Assembly: GCA_902590695.1 (NCBI GenBank)
Contig: CACIXR010000003.1
Span: forward strand, 48,135 to 112,134
Direction: 5' to 3'
Origin: an uncultured Alphaproteobacteria bacterium
GTDB taxonomy: Bacteria > Pseudomonadota > Alphaproteobacteria > HIMB59 > GCA-002718135
DNA length: 64,000 nucleotides
Position numbers and translations under genes: made by a program
Part shown: positions 1 to 11,179 of the stretch, in pieces
How the letters are laid out: each line of letters begins with the position of its first letter
Position numbering within the stretch: the stretch's first letter is position 1
The notes under the pieces: model-generated
Told to the model about the DNA's origin: nothing
Seen by the model: the letters and a program-made list of their open reading frames with translations, nothing else
Databases searched by the model: none

Positions 1-880
1 CTAATACTTTTATTAAACCGTCATATCTTCCACCACCTAGTAATGTATCTTGACTTCCTAAATTGTCTGATTTGTATTCGAATACTGTATTACAATAATA
101 ATCAAGACCTCTAACAAGATTGGCGTTTTCTTCAAAATCAATTTCTAGTATATTTAACGATCTTTTAAGATCTTCGTAGTGCTTTTTAGCTTCATCGGTT
201 AAGTATTCAAATATTTTAGGTGAAGTTAGTGAAATTTCGACGTCTTCTTCGTTTTTTGAATCTAATATTCTTAATGGGTTAGTTTCAATTTTTTTAATAC
301 TTTCTTCTGATAGTTTATTTTTATGAGTATTAAAATACTTTGTAAGACTTTTTTTAAAATCAATTAACGTTTTTTTATCTCCTAAAGAATTAATATAAAG
401 TTTTATTTTAGATTTAGGTAATAGTTCGTTTAAAATATTATTTGATAGAGAAATTAACTCAGCATCAGCAAGAAAATCTCTAGTTCCAAGTATTTCAAAG
501 TTAATTTGATTAAATTGTCGATATCTGCCCTTTTGTGGCCTTTCCCTTCTAAACATTGGCCCAATTCCAAAAATTTTTAATGGAAGATCGTTTAAGAGAT
601 TATTAGTAATAGCCGCTCTAATCATAGGCGTTGTGTACTCAGGGCGTAGCGTTAAATATTCATTATTTCTGTCTTCAAATGAATACATTTCTTTCAACAC
701 AACATCAGAATGTTCGCCAAGAGGTTTTGCAAATAAATCACTAAATTCAAAAATTGGTGTCTGGATTTCTTTATATTCTTTTAAATTAGCATTTTTAGAA
801 ACAATATTAGAAATAAAGTTAAATTTATCTATTTCCTCTCCAAATATATCATGTGTACCTCTTACTGATCTTAATTTCAT
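1..880 (-). CDS. hisS: Histidine--tRNA ligase (3' part runs off the window; missing from the ORF track)
   Basis: Manual translation from ATG at 880 gives MKLRSVRGTHD..., class II motif 2 GPMFRRERPQKGRYRQF, then LVRGLDYY and GGGRYD. Lies directly downstream of ispG, as is typical. Confidence 0.95.
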   Translation of the reverse strand, partial: MKLRSVRGTHDIFGEEIDKFNFISNIVSKNANLKEYKEIQTPIFEFSDLFAKPLGEHSDVVLKEMYSFEDRNNEYLTLRPEYTTPMIRAAITNNLLNDLPLKIFGIGPMFRRERPQKGRYRQFNQINFEILGTRDFLADAELISLSNNILNELLPKSKIKLYINSLGDKKTLIDFKKSLTKYFNTHKNKLSEESIKKIETNPLRILDSKNEEDVEISLTSPKIFEYLTDEAKKHYEDLKRSLNILEIDFEENANLVRGLDYYCNTVFEYKSDNLGSQDTLLGGGRYDGLIKVL

Positions 881-881
881 A

Positions 882-1979
882 TTAATTACTAAGTTCTATT
901 TCTTTTGTTTTTTTTCTAATTAGATCTTCAAGATAATTTTCTAAATCAACATTTTTTACAACATTATTTTTTTTACCATCAAGATAAATCATATGTGTAT
1001 CATTTCCACCGCCAGTTATTCCAATATTTGTCATAGTTGCTTCACCTGGACCATTAACAACACATCCTATTATTGACACTGTTATCGGCGTGGCAATATC
1101 ATCTAATTTTTTTTCTAAGTTTTTTACTGTTTTTATTACTTCAAATTGTTGTCTAGCACATGAAGGGCATGATATAATTTTTACACCTCTATTCCTTAAT
1201 CCAAGGCTTTTTAATATTTCAAAACCTACTCTTACCTCTTCTTCTGGCTCATCTGATAATGATATTCTGATTGTATCCCCTATTCCTTTCAAAAGTAAAT
1301 TTCCAACTCCAATTGAAGATTTAATTGAGCCTGTTCTTTTTCCTCCTGCCTCTGTAATACCTAAATGCAATGGATAATCACATAATTCAGCCAATTGCTC
1401 ATATGCTTTTATAGACATAAAAATATCTGAGGATTTCACACTGATTTTGAAGTTGGTAAAATCATTATCTTCAAGTATCTTTATATTTAATTTAGCACTT
1501 TCAACTAAGGCTTCTGGATTAGGTTCAGAAAATTTTTCTAAAATTTGTTTTTCTAAACTTCCTGCATTGACACCTACTCTAATTGAGCAATTATTATCTT
1601 TTGCAGCTTTGATGACTTCTTTTATTCTTTCAATATTCCCAATGTTACCAGGATTAATTCTAATACAAGAAGCGCCATTGTTTGCTGCTTCAATGCCTCT
1701 TTTGTAATGAAAATGTATATCAGCAATTATAGGTACAGGGCTATGTTTCACAATTTCTTTTAGGGAATGGGAAGATTCTTTATCTGGAATAGAAACACGA
1801 ACTAAATCAACTCCAAGTTTTGCAGATCTTTCTATTTGAGCAATAGTATCTTTGGCATTAGAAGTCAGAGTATTTGTCATTGTTTGCACTGCAATTTGAT
1901 TATTGCCGCCAATGCTAACATTTCCAACTTTAATAACGCGCGATTTTCTTCTATTAATTTGTTGATACGGTCTTAGCAT
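882..1979 (-). CDS. ispG: 4-hydroxy-3-methylbut-2-en-1-yl diphosphate synthase
   Basis: [27 protein letters not shown], and Fe-S cysteines in CPSCAR...GCVVNGPGE. Confidence 0.97.
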   Translation of the reverse strand: MLRPYQQINRRKSRVIKVGNVSIGGNNQIAVQTMTNTLTSNAKDTIAQIERSAKLGVDLVRVSIPDKESSHSLKEIVKHSPVPIIADIHFHYKRGIEAANNGASCIRINPGNIGNIERIKEVIKAAKDNNCSIRVGVNAGSLEKQILEKFSEPNPEALVESAKLNIKILEDNDFTNFKISVKSSDIFMSIKAYEQLAELCDYPLHLGITEAGGKRTGSIKSSIGVGNLLLKGIGDTIRISLSDEPEEEVRVGFEILKSLGLRNRGVKIISCPSCARQQFEVIKTVKNLEKKLDDIATPITVSIIGCVVNGPGEATMTNIGITGGGNDTHMIYLDGKKNNVVKNVDLENYLEDLIRKKTKEIELSN

Positions 1980-1983
1980 CTAT

Positions 1984-2769
1984 TTAGTTTGTAAAATCTT
2001 TATGTAAAACAAAAGAGTCTAAAATATCACCGTATTTACCTATTTTTCCTCTTACTTCATTATCTATAAGAACTAAAATGTTCCCTGCATTTCCTGCAGT
2101 AATATTGTAATTCAATTTTAATTCATATGAAAATTCTTCATCTTTATCCATTAACTTGCTTAAAACAATATTATTCTCTTCATCTCTTAATTGAAGCCAA
2201 GTTGGATTTAACATTTTTAATGTAGCGACTGTAGTCACATTTTCATCAAATTCTATTGATGCTATAGCACTAGAATTATTTATCAAATCACTTTTTTTAA
2301 TATCACTACTTTGTGGTAAATTATTAAAAGTATAAGCCTTTTCTACTATTGGCTCCAAACTTTCTGGTATATCTGGGACTAAAGCAAAATTAATTTCATT
2401 TTCATCTTCATAAATAAATAAAAAATAAAAAGAAGTAAATATAATTAAGATTATTGAAGCAGCAAAAAATTTTTCAATTTTAAAAAAATTATTTTCAACT
2501 ATTGGAGTGATATTTTTTTTCTCTTCTGCAATATTAAATGATAAATCATTTTTAAATTTTTTAATAATTATATCTGTGTCTAGATCAAGAAAGTTTGAAT
2601 AAGATCTTAAGTGTCCAATATTAAAAATAAAATCTGAATCATTTTTTATTTTATCATTTTCTAGATCAATAATAATACTTTTTGAAATCTTTAACTCAAT
2701 TGCTATATCGTTGATTGAGAGTTTTTTGGAGTTTCTTGTAATTGATAAAATTTGGCCTACAGTACTCAT
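1984..2769 (-). CDS. rodZ: RodZ-like cell-shape protein (HTH, TM, DUF4115)
   Basis: N-terminal XRE-like HTH ending in GHLRSYSNFL, one TM helix, C-terminal WLQLRD...GNAG. Sits upstream of ispG. Confidence 0.85.
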   Translation of the reverse strand: MSTVGQILSITRNSKKLSINDIAIELKISKSIIIDLENDKIKNDSDFIFNIGHLRSYSNFLDLDTDIIIKKFKNDLSFNIAEEKKNITPIVENNFFKIEKFFAASIILIIFTSFYFLFIYEDENEINFALVPDIPESLEPIVEKAYTFNNLPQSSDIKKSDLINNSSAIASIEFDENVTTVATLKMLNPTWLQLRDEENNIVLSKLMDKDEEFSYELKLNYNITAGNAGNILVLIDNEVRGKIGKYGDILDSFVLHKDFTN

Positions 2770-3981
2770 TTAAATGGATAGATTATATGCTTGATGTAGA
2801 GATTTTACAGCAATTTTTGTGAATTTTTTATCAATTAAAACACTAATCTTTATTTCTGATGTTGAGATGGCTAATATATTAATAGAATTTCTGGCTAAAG
2901 TTGTAAACATTTTCTTTGCAACTCCAGATTGAGACATCATCCCCATACCAATTACTGAAATTTTAGAAATATTGATATCAGTTTCAATAGATTTAAAATC
3001 AATTAATTTTTGATTTTCCTCTAATAATTTTTTAGCATTATTGATTTCGCTGTTTGGAACAGTAAATGTTATGTTTGCAGTTACACCATCCTGTGATGTA
3101 TTTTGAACAATCATATCTACATTGATATTATTATTAGCTAACAATCCAAAAATTGTTGCAGATATGCCAGGTTGATCAGCAATACCAGATAAAGTCAGCT
3201 TTGAATCATTATTACTATAGCTTACTCCACTTACAATTTCTTTTTCAATTAATTTATTCTCATCTACAACAAGAGTACCCTTCTCTTTTGTTATTGAAGA
3301 AAGTACTTGTAAGGTAAGATTGTTTTTCATCGCTAATTCAACAGAACGAGTATGAAGTACTTTTGCTCCAGTTGAAGACATTTCCAACATTTCTTCAAAT
3401 GCTAATTTATTTATTTTTTTAGCCTTAGGTTCCAAATTGGGATCAGTTGTATAAACTCCATCAACGTCAGTATAAATATCACATCTATCAGCATCAACAG
3501 CTGCGGCAACAGCAACAGCAGTTGTATCAGAACCACCTCTTCCTAATGATGTAATGTTTCCATCCATATCGACACCCTGAAATCCAGCAACCACTATTAC
3601 ATCATAATCTTTTAGAAATTGATCGATTCTATTTTTATCAATGTTTAAGATTTTAGCTTTTTGATGATTACTATCTGTTATAATTGGAATTTGCCATCCG
3701 AGCAACGGAACGGATTTAATTTTTCTTTTTTTTAAAATAGCTGAAAGAAGCCCAACTGAAACAGCTTCTCCCGATGTTAAAATTAAATCATTTTCAATAA
3801 CCTCATTTGACTCAATTTCATCTATATATTCTTGCATTTTATTTGTTACACCTGACATTGCAGATAAAACAACAATTAATTTTTTATCATTTAGTTGCTT
3901 TTCAACAATGTTAGCAACGTTATTGATTTTATCGATACTGCCAACTGAAGTACCACCAAATTTCATTACTACAAGTTTCAT
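2770..3981 (-). CDS. lysC: Aspartate kinase
   Basis: VMKFGGTSV, LGRGGSDTTA, YTDVDGVYTTDP, two C-terminal ACT domains (STSEIKIS). Confidence 0.97.
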   Translation of the reverse strand: MKLVVMKFGGTSVGSIDKINNVANIVEKQLNDKKLIVVLSAMSGVTNKMQEYIDEIESNEVIENDLILTSGEAVSVGLLSAILKKRKIKSVPLLGWQIPIITDSNHQKAKILNIDKNRIDQFLKDYDVIVVAGFQGVDMDGNITSLGRGGSDTTAVAVAAAVDADRCDIYTDVDGVYTTDPNLEPKAKKINKLAFEEMLEMSSTGAKVLHTRSVELAMKNNLTLQVLSSITKEKGTLVVDENKLIEKEIVSGVSYSNNDSKLTLSGIADQPGISATIFGLLANNNINVDMIVQNTSQDGVTANITFTVPNSEINNAKKLLEENQKLIDFKSIETDINISKISVIGMGMMSQSGVAKKMFTTLARNSINILAISTSEIKISVLIDKKFTKIAVKSLHQAYNLSI

Positions 3982-4044
3982 TGACTTAAATCTTTTTTAA
4001 ATTATCTGAGCTATTATAATTATTGTTTCTAACAAACAAGATAT

Positions 4045-4752
4045 ATGATGAATATAAAATCAAAAAATGAAGAATTTGCCTTGTTTAATCAACTTTCAGA
4101 TGAATGGTGGAATGAAAATGGCAAATTCAAGATTCTTCATCAAATTAAAAGTCATAGAATGTCATATATATTAAATCAAATAAATAATAGAAATATTAGA
4201 AATTTAAAAATACTTGATGTAGGCTGTGGTGGAGGAATAATTTGTGAACCACTAGCAAGACTGGGTGCGAAGGTTACAGGAATAGATTTCGCTCCAAATA
4301 ATATCATAGCTGCTAAGATGCATTCCAAAAAAAATAAACTTAAAATTAACTATATTAATAAAGATATTGAGAAATCAAAATTAGATGAAAAATTTGATAT
4401 AATACTAATGTTTGAAGTTTTGGAACATTTAGATGATTGGAAAAAAACAATAAAAAATATAAAAAAAAATTTAAATAAGAATGGTTTAATAATTATTTCT
4501 ACTATTAATAGAAACTTACTATCTAAACTATTTGCAATTAATATAGCAGAAAATATCCTCCATTGGATACCAAAAGGAACCCACGATTATAATAAATTAA
4601 TTAAACCTGAAGAATTAAAAAAAATTTTATTAAAAGAAAAATTTAATTTTAATAATATTGAAGGTCTTGTCTTTAACCCACTAAACAGGGAATGGAAATT
4701 ATCAAAAAATTATATGATAAATTATTTTTGTACTGCTAGTATAATTAATTAG
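4045..4752 (+). CDS. ubiG: Ubiquinone biosynthesis O-methyltransferase
   Basis: WWxxxGxFxxLH, LDVGCGGG, EVLEH, STINR, PKGTH. Divergent from lysC as in many Alphaproteobacteria. Confidence 0.95.
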   Translation: MMNIKSKNEEFALFNQLSDEWWNENGKFKILHQIKSHRMSYILNQINNRNIRNLKILDVGCGGGIICEPLARLGAKVTGIDFAPNNIIAAKMHSKKNKLKINYINKDIEKSKLDEKFDIILMFEVLEHLDDWKKTIKNIKKNLNKNGLIIISTINRNLLSKLFAINIAENILHWIPKGTHDYNKLIKPEELKKILLKEKFNFNNIEGLVFNPLNREWKLSKNYMINYFCTASIIN

Positions 4753-5158
4753 TTTTTTTTGTAGAAAAAGGCAATGGTAGTACATCTATATCTTCATCTA
4801 TTAATTCTTTAGTTTGCTCAATAGAAGCTTCGCCATATATTGCACGTTCCTTAGCTTCACCATATTTAATTTTCTTTGCTTCCTCACTAAATTTATCACC
4901 AACATAGTCAAATTCTTTTTCTATAATCTTTCTTAGCTTTTTTACATTTGAAGCAATTGATTTATTCTTTTTAGAAATTTTTGTATTTGTTTTTTTTGAT
5001 ACATTTGGTGCCATTAAACCTTTTTTTATTTGAGTACCATTACATGAAGGGCAAGTGAGTAAACCTTTTCTAATTTGCTTATTGTAGTCCTTCGTATTTT
5101 CAAACCATCCTTCAAAAGATGAGGCACAATCAGAGCAATTAAGATTAAATACGATCAT
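4745..5158 (-). CDS. DUF1178 family protein
   Basis: MIxFxLxC...FEGWF...CPSC...MAPNV...YVGDKF.EEA...IYGEA signature. Confidence 0.88.
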   Translation of the reverse strand: MIVFNLNCSDCASSFEGWFENTKDYNKQIRKGLLTCPSCNGTQIKKGLMAPNVSKKTNTKISKKNKSIASNVKKLRKIIEKEFDYVGDKFSEEAKKIKYGEAKERAIYGEASIEQTKELIDEDIDVLPLPFSTKKTN

Positions 5159-5172
5159 ATATATTATATTGT

Positions 5173-5646
5173 TTAATCTATTTTTTTTTCAATATCAAAA
5201 TCAACATCATCAGATTCTATTTGCATAATTAGTGAATTTTTTGGAAAATTTAAATTACATACTGTTCCCTTTGACAATGTTACACCCATGAAAGGTTTTA
5301 AGCTAACATTTATATATTTTTGAGTATTTCGATTTAAAATATCAATTTTTACTAGCTCTTTAAAAATAATAAGTAGAAAATTTTTTTTGAGTTCGAATTT
5401 TAATAATGATTTGGGAGTTTGGTAAAGGGATAATTTAAAAAAAAGATTTTTTTCAAGAATATTTATATTTTCTTCTAAATCAATATTAGAATTTTGTGTT
5501 ACTAGATTTTTTAGAGAAATTTGATCTTGTTTGTTTAAAATTTTTTCTTTTAATATTTCTAAAAAAGTAGTTCCATAGATTTTTTTATTAATATTTTCAG
5601 TTTCTTCTTTAATAATTGCAACTATCTCTTTAAGAATAATATCCAT
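5173..5646 (-). CDS. Hypothetical protein, possibly a degenerate cupin fold
   Basis: 157-aa ORF filling the gap between neighbours. C-terminal half is beta-rich with cupin-like spacing. Confidence 0.6.
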   Translation of the reverse strand: MDIILKEIVAIIKEETENINKKIYGTTFLEILKEKILNKQDQISLKNLVTQNSNIDLEENINILEKNLFFKLSLYQTPKSLLKFELKKNFLLIIFKELVKIDILNRNTQKYINVSLKPFMGVTLSKGTVCNLNFPKNSLIMQIESDDVDFDIEKKID

Positions 5647-5672
5647 AATTGCTTTTTATACTTTATAAAAAA

Positions 5673-6449
5673 ATGATAAACAAAAAATACCTTAAACTAC
5701 TAAGAACTAAAGATAGAAAATATGGAGAAAACTTCATATATAATGAAATAAGTAAAAATATAATTGATTCCCTAGATATTTTGAAAGTTCCATTTAATAA
5801 TATTTTAGAGCTTGGGATTAATGACAAATTAATTATTAATTATCTGAAAGAAAGATTTCCTTCTTGCTCTATAACAAGTGCTGATATCGATTTGTCTTTT
5901 TTTACTAAAAAGACAGATCGACAATTTATAGAAATTGATTTGGATGATATGCAAATTAAAGATAAAAAATTTGATTTAATTTATAGTAATTTTTTTTGTC
6001 AATTAACATCCAATTTTGAGAAATTGATAGAAAATATCTTTAAAAGTCTAAATTCTAATGGATTTTTTATAGCGACAATTCCAAGTGCTGAAAATATATA
6101 TCAGCTTATAAATTCAATGTATGAAACAGATAATATTTTATACGGAGGTATGCATCAAAGAGTTAATCCAATTTTAGATACAAACGACATTTTTAAACTA
6201 CTGAAAGCATATAACTTTGATGCACCTTTAATAAATAATAATAACTTTACTATTGAATATTCAGTTTTTAAAAAACTACTTGATGATGTAAGATTTTTGA
6301 ACTTGCCCTATGCAGGAAAGAATAAAAAAAATAATTTTGAGAATAAGAAATACTTTATTCTTTTGGAGAAACAATTTAAAAAAAAATATTATAAAGATAA
6401 TTTTAATCTTGATATAAATTTTAATACAATTTGTGCTTGGAAAAAGTAA
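5673..6449 (+). CDS. SAM-dependent methyltransferase-like protein (BioC/NDUFAF5-like)
   Basis: ILELG motif I, FDLIYSN, L...GFFIA, RVNP, FDAP. ATG at 5673 preferred over TTG at 5649. Confidence 0.75.
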   Translation: MINKKYLKLLRTKDRKYGENFIYNEISKNIIDSLDILKVPFNNILELGINDKLIINYLKERFPSCSITSADIDLSFFTKKTDRQFIEIDLDDMQIKDKKFDLIYSNFFCQLTSNFEKLIENIFKSLNSNGFFIATIPSAENIYQLINSMYETDNILYGGMHQRVNPILDTNDIFKLLKAYNFDAPLINNNNFTIEYSVFKKLLDDVRFLNLPYAGKNKKNNFENKKYFILLEKQFKKKYYKDNFNLDINFNTICAWKK

Positions 6450-6451
6450 AA

Positions 6452-7663
6452 TTAAGATCTGTAATCAGCATTTATCTTTAAATACTCAAAGGTAAGATCA
6501 TTTCCATGAACTGTGTGAAAATACTTACCCAAATTTAATTTTACATTGATTTCTATAGTTTTATTTTTCATATAATTATTAAGTTTTCTGATATTTATTT
6601 TTTTACTAATAGAACCATTTTCGCATACAACGTTGTTTCCAAATAAAACTTTAATTTTATTTTGATTTATATTTTCTTCAGTTTTGCCAATTGCCATTAT
6701 TACTCTACCCCAATTTGCATCTTTACCGGCTACAGCTGTTTTAACTAAAGGAGAATTAGCAATACTAAATGCAATTTTTTTTGCTTGATTTTTTGATCTT
6801 GCATTCAAAACATTAACTCTTATTAGCTTAGAAACACCCTCGCCATCTTTAATTACTTGAAGAGATAAATCATACATTAATTCATATATTTTATTATTTA
6901 GTATTTTAAAATTCTTTTTATTTAAATTTATATTTTTATTACCAACAGAAAACATCATTAAAGTATCACTTGTTGATGTATCACTATCTACAGTTATTGA
7001 ATTAAATGTGTTATCTAAATTATTTTTAAGGAGTCTGTTTATTAACTGTTTTGAAATTTCGCATTCTATAAATATATACACCAACATAGTTCCCATATTT
7101 GGTTGTATCATTCCTGATCCTTTTGCTATTCCGTAAATCTTAAATGATTGATTATCTAACTTAATATTTTTAATTGATACTTTTGGGAAAGTATCTGTTG
7201 TCATAATTGACTTAGCACTTTCTAGTAAACCATTTTTATTTTTGGAATTTATTTTTTCAAATTTATCTATAATTAAATTAGGATTAAATTTTTCACCGAT
7301 TACACCAGTAGATGATACTAATACTTCATTAGATTTACATTTAATTTTTTTTGTTAATGCTTTTACATACTTGTCAATAATTTTGAGACCATCTTTACCA
7401 GTATGTGCATTTGCATTACCAGCATTAACAACTAAAGCTTTAGCCTTACCTTTGTTATTTTTTTTATCCCAAATTATTGGAGCTGAAGGTGTTGATGTTT
7501 TTGAATAGACACAACACACATTAACAATTTGATCAAAGATTATTAATAAAAGATCTTTATCTTTTTTTTTAAATCCAGCATTAAAAGTATAGATATTGAG
7601 ACCGTTAGGATTAAAATCTTTGATTTTTTTTGGCTTAAATATTGAAATCATTTTATTGACCAT
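6452..7663 (-). CDS. argJ: Bifunctional ornithine acetyltransferase/N-acetylglutamate synthase
   Basis: NAGNANA, SSTGVIG, IMTTDT, AKGSGMIQPNMGTML (autocleavage Thr), C-terminal NADYRS. Confidence 0.96.
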   Translation of the reverse strand: MVNKMISIFKPKKIKDFNPNGLNIYTFNAGFKKKDKDLLLIIFDQIVNVCCVYSKTSTPSAPIIWDKKNNKGKAKALVVNAGNANAHTGKDGLKIIDKYVKALTKKIKCKSNEVLVSSTGVIGEKFNPNLIIDKFEKINSKNKNGLLESAKSIMTTDTFPKVSIKNIKLDNQSFKIYGIAKGSGMIQPNMGTMLVYIFIECEISKQLINRLLKNNLDNTFNSITVDSDTSTSDTLMMFSVGNKNINLNKKNFKILNNKIYELMYDLSLQVIKDGEGVSKLIRVNVLNARSKNQAKKIAFSIANSPLVKTAVAGKDANWGRVIMAIGKTEENINQNKIKVLFGNNVVCENGSISKKINIRKLNNYMKNKTIEINVKLNLGKYFHTVHGNDLTFEYLKINADYRS

Positions 7664-7727
7664 ATTTTAGCGTAAATTCCTTTGTAGAAGAAATATTTTT
7701 CATATATTAACTGCCATCTATCATAAC

Positions 7728-10244
7728 ATGATTAATATTGTTAATAAATTATTTGGTTCTATAAAATCTAATTCGCTTAAAAAATATGCAAGTTTTGTAG
7801 AAAAAGTAAATAAACTAGAAGAAGAAATTTCTAAACTTTCAGATACAGATTTAAAAAATAAAACTAGTTATTTTAAAAATAAATTTAAAGAAGCAGGATC
7901 AATAAATAAATTATTACCAGAAATATTTGCTGTAGTAAGAGAAACGTCGAAAAGAACATTAAATATGAGACACTATGATGTTCAAATAATTGGCGGAATG
8001 GTTTTATATGAAAATAAAATAACTGAAATGAAAACTGGAGAAGGAAAAACTCTAGTCGCTACTCTAGCTGCATATGCAAATGCAATAGAAGATTTATCTG
8101 TACATATTATAACAGTAAATGATTATCTTGCAAAAAGAGATGCGGAATGGATGGGAAATATATATAATTTTCTTGGTCTTAGAGTAGGTTGTATTACCTC
8201 TGAAACCACTCATGAGGAAAGGCCTAATCAGTATGATGCAGATATTGTGTACGCCACTAATAATGAAATAGGATTTGATTATTTAAGAGATAATCTTAAA
8301 AATGATTACAATAATCTATGTTTTAAAAAAAATGCTTTTGCAATAGTAGATGAGGTGGATAGCATTTTAATAGATGAAGCTAGAACACCACTTGTAATAT
8401 CTGCAGAATCAAATTCAAATACAGATTTATTTCCTAAAATTGACAAAATTATTAAAATTCTTAAAAAGAATGACTTTGAAATCAATGAAGAAAGCAAAAG
8501 TATATTGCTTACAACAGAAGGAATGGAATTTTGTGAAAAGCTTTTAAAAGAAAAGGGCATTATTAAAGATGGTACACTTCAAGATTTAGGTAATATGATC
8601 TTGAACCATAACATTATACAAGCTCTTAGAGCACATCATTTGTTTATCAAAGATAAAGATTACATAATCAAAGACAGAAATGTAGTAATTATTGATGAAT
8701 TAACCGGTAGGGCTATGGAAGGTAGAAGATATGGGGATGGATTACATCAAGCCATAGAAGCAAAAGAAAACTTAGTTATCCAAAAAGAAAATCAAACTAT
8801 TGCATCTGTAACATATCAAAACTTTTTTAGAACCTATCATCGTCTAAGTGGAATGACAGGAACTGCAAAAACAGAAGCAAAAGAATTTGAAAGCATATAT
8901 GAATTAGAGGTTGTTGAAATTCCTCCTAATATCAAAGTAAATCGTGTTGATAAAAATGATCAAATTTATATGACAAAAAGGGAAAAATACAATGCTGTAT
9001 TAGATCTTGTTAAGTTGCGTAGTAAAATTAATCAACCTATTCTAATAGGAACTACTTCTGTAGAGAATTCAATAAAAATTTCTGAATTATTGAAAAAAGA
9101 AAATCTAAAGCACAACATTTTAAATGCCAAAAATCATATGAGTGAAGCGAAGATTATAGAAGAAGCAGGAATGCCAGGGAATATTACTATTTCAACTAAT
9201 ATGGCTGGAAGAGGAACTGATATTAAATTGGGAAATGGAGATGATAATTTAAAAAAAGAAGCAATAAACTCAGGTGGTTTACTTGTAATTGGTACAGAAA
9301 GACATGAAAGTCGAAGGATAGATAATCAATTGAGAGGTAGATCAGGTAGGCAAGGAGATTTTGGCGAAAGTATTTTTTTCTTATCACTAGAAGATGATCT
9401 TATGAGAATATTTGGATCAAAAACACTAGAAAATGTATTATCTAAATTAGGACTTAAGGATGGTGAGGTAATTACGCATTCAATGATTACTAAATCATTA
9501 GAGAGAGCTCAACAAAAAGTTGAAAGTCATAATTTTGATATGAGAAAACAAATTTTAAAATTTGACGACATATTGAATGATCAAAGAAAAATAATCTATC
9601 AAAATAGAAGAGAGATTCTAAAAACAAATGATCAGTCTAAAATAATTGAAGATATGATATCTGATTACGTTGATTATTTAATTCAGATAACTATCCCACC
9701 AAAGAAATACTCTCATGAATGGGATGAAAATTTCCTTAAAGAAAAAGTCAGAGAAATATTTAATATAAATATTCCAGTCTCAAAATGGTTTGATGAAGAA
9801 GGTGTTGATGATGAAGAAATAAAAAAACGTTTGATGGATGAAATAAATCAGAAATACAAAGAAAAGCAGTTTCAATATTCAGCTGACTTACTAAAGTTTG
9901 CAGAAAAAAGAGTGATGTTATTTCAAATTGATAAAGATTGGAGAGATCACTTAGCAGCAATGGACTCTTTACGTGGTAGTGTTAATTTAAGAGCTATGGG
10001 AGGTAAAGATCCATTTTATGAATATAAAAGAGAATCTTTTGATTATTTTGACGAGATGCTTTCAAACCAAAATGAACGAGTATTAAAAACTCTTTTTAAT
10101 ATCAAACTTGTAAGTGAAAACAATAATGATGATAAAAACAAACAAAGTGTAGAACCAAGAAGAGTTATAACTAAAAAAATTGGGAGAAATGAGCCTTGTC
10201 CATGTGGATCAGGTAAAAAATATAAACAATGTCATGGGATTTAA
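7728..10244 (+). CDS. secA: Preprotein translocase ATPase SecA
   Basis: [33 protein letters not shown]-terminal SEC-C motif [19 protein letters not shown]. Confidence 0.99.
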   Translation: MINIVNKLFGSIKSNSLKKYASFVEKVNKLEEEISKLSDTDLKNKTSYFKNKFKEAGSINKLLPEIFAVVRETSKRTLNMRHYDVQIIGGMVLYENKITEMKTGEGKTLVATLAAYANAIEDLSVHIITVNDYLAKRDAEWMGNIYNFLGLRVGCITSETTHEERPNQYDADIVYATNNEIGFDYLRDNLKNDYNNLCFKKNAFAIVDEVDSILIDEARTPLVISAESNSNTDLFPKIDKIIKILKKNDFEINEESKSILLTTEGMEFCEKLLKEKGIIKDGTLQDLGNMILNHNIIQALRAHHLFIKDKDYIIKDRNVVIIDELTGRAMEGRRYGDGLHQAIEAKENLVIQKENQTIASVTYQNFFRTYHRLSGMTGTAKTEAKEFESIYELEVVEIPPNIKVNRVDKNDQIYMTKREKYNAVLDLVKLRSKINQPILIGTTSVENSIKISELLKKENLKHNILNAKNHMSEAKIIEEAGMPGNITISTNMAGRGTDIKLGNGDDNLKKEAINSGGLLVIGTERHESRRIDNQLRGRSGRQGDFGESIFFLSLEDDLMRIFGSKTLENVLSKLGLKDGEVITHSMITKSLERAQQKVESHNFDMRKQILKFDDILNDQRKIIYQNRREILKTNDQSKIIEDMISDYVDYLIQITIPPKKYSHEWDENFLKEKVREIFNINIPVSKWFDEEGVDDEEIKKRLMDEINQKYKEKQFQYSADLLKFAEKRVMLFQIDKDWRDHLAAMDSLRGSVNLRAMGGKDPFYEYKRESFDYFDEMLSNQNERVLKTLFNIKLVSENNNDDKNKQSVEPRRVITKKIGRNEPCPCGSGKKYKQCHGI

Positions 10245-11179
10245 ATATCAGAGGTTATATTTAAATACTTTTCTTTTCTTATTTTAACTAATTCATTTAT
10301 TGATTTCTGTTCAAGTTCATTAATAAGATTAATTAACTTTTGTTTTAATATCTCAGCTTGTTTTGATGGATGTCTATGAGCGCCGCCAAATGGCTCAGGA
10401 ATAACATAATCTATAATATTAAATTTTTTACAATCATCTGATGTCAACTTTAAAGTTTTTGCTGCCTCCTGGGAAAATTCTGTATTTCTCCATAAAATAG
10501 AGGCACAACCTTCTGGAGAAATAACTGAATATATAGAGTGCTCTAACATAAGAACTTTATCTGAAGTAGCTATACCTATTGCTCCACCTGACCCTCCTTC
10601 ACCAATAATAATTGATATAGTTGGAATTTTTGTCTTCAAAAAATGAAGTATTGATGAGGCTATTGATTCTGATTGTCCTCTTTCTTCGGCATCTTTTCCT
10701 GGAAAAGCTCCTGCAGTATCAACAAATGAAATTAATGGTAATTTAAATTTTTCAGCTAATTTTAATAACCTTTGAACTTTTCTGTACCCCTCTGGTTTAG
10801 CCATTCCAAAATTATGTTTTATTCTTGTTTCCATAGTATTTCCTTTTTCAGTACCTACAAAAAAAACAGAATTACCATCAATTTTTGCTAAACCTCCAAG
10901 AATTGCATTATCATCTGCATATTTTTTATCTCCATGTAAAAAGACTATATCCGTGAATATTCTATTAATATAATCTAATGTATGAGGTCTTTCACCGTGC
11001 CTAGAAACTTGAACTTTTTGCCAAGGATCCAAGTTTGAATAAACTCTTTTATATAATTCATCTCTTTCAACTTTTAGTTTTTTAATTTTTTCAGAATTTA
11101 ATTCTTTATTATTATTTAATTGAACCAAGGTATTTTCAATATTTTCAATATCATTTTCAAATTCAAAGTATTTAATCAT
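10241..11179 (-). CDS. accA: Acetyl-CoA carboxylase carboxyltransferase alpha
   Basis: [36 protein letters not shown]. Confidence 0.97.
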   Translation of the reverse strand: MIKYFEFENDIENIENTLVQLNNNKELNSEKIKKLKVERDELYKRVYSNLDPWQKVQVSRHGERPHTLDYINRIFTDIVFLHGDKKYADDNAILGGLAKIDGNSVFFVGTEKGNTMETRIKHNFGMAKPEGYRKVQRLLKLAEKFKLPLISFVDTAGAFPGKDAEERGQSESIASSILHFLKTKIPTISIIIGEGGSGGAIGIATSDKVLMLEHSIYSVISPEGCASILWRNTEFSQEAAKTLKLTSDDCKKFNIIDYVIPEPFGGAHRHPSKQAEILKQKLINLINELEQKSINELVKIRKEKYLNITSDI

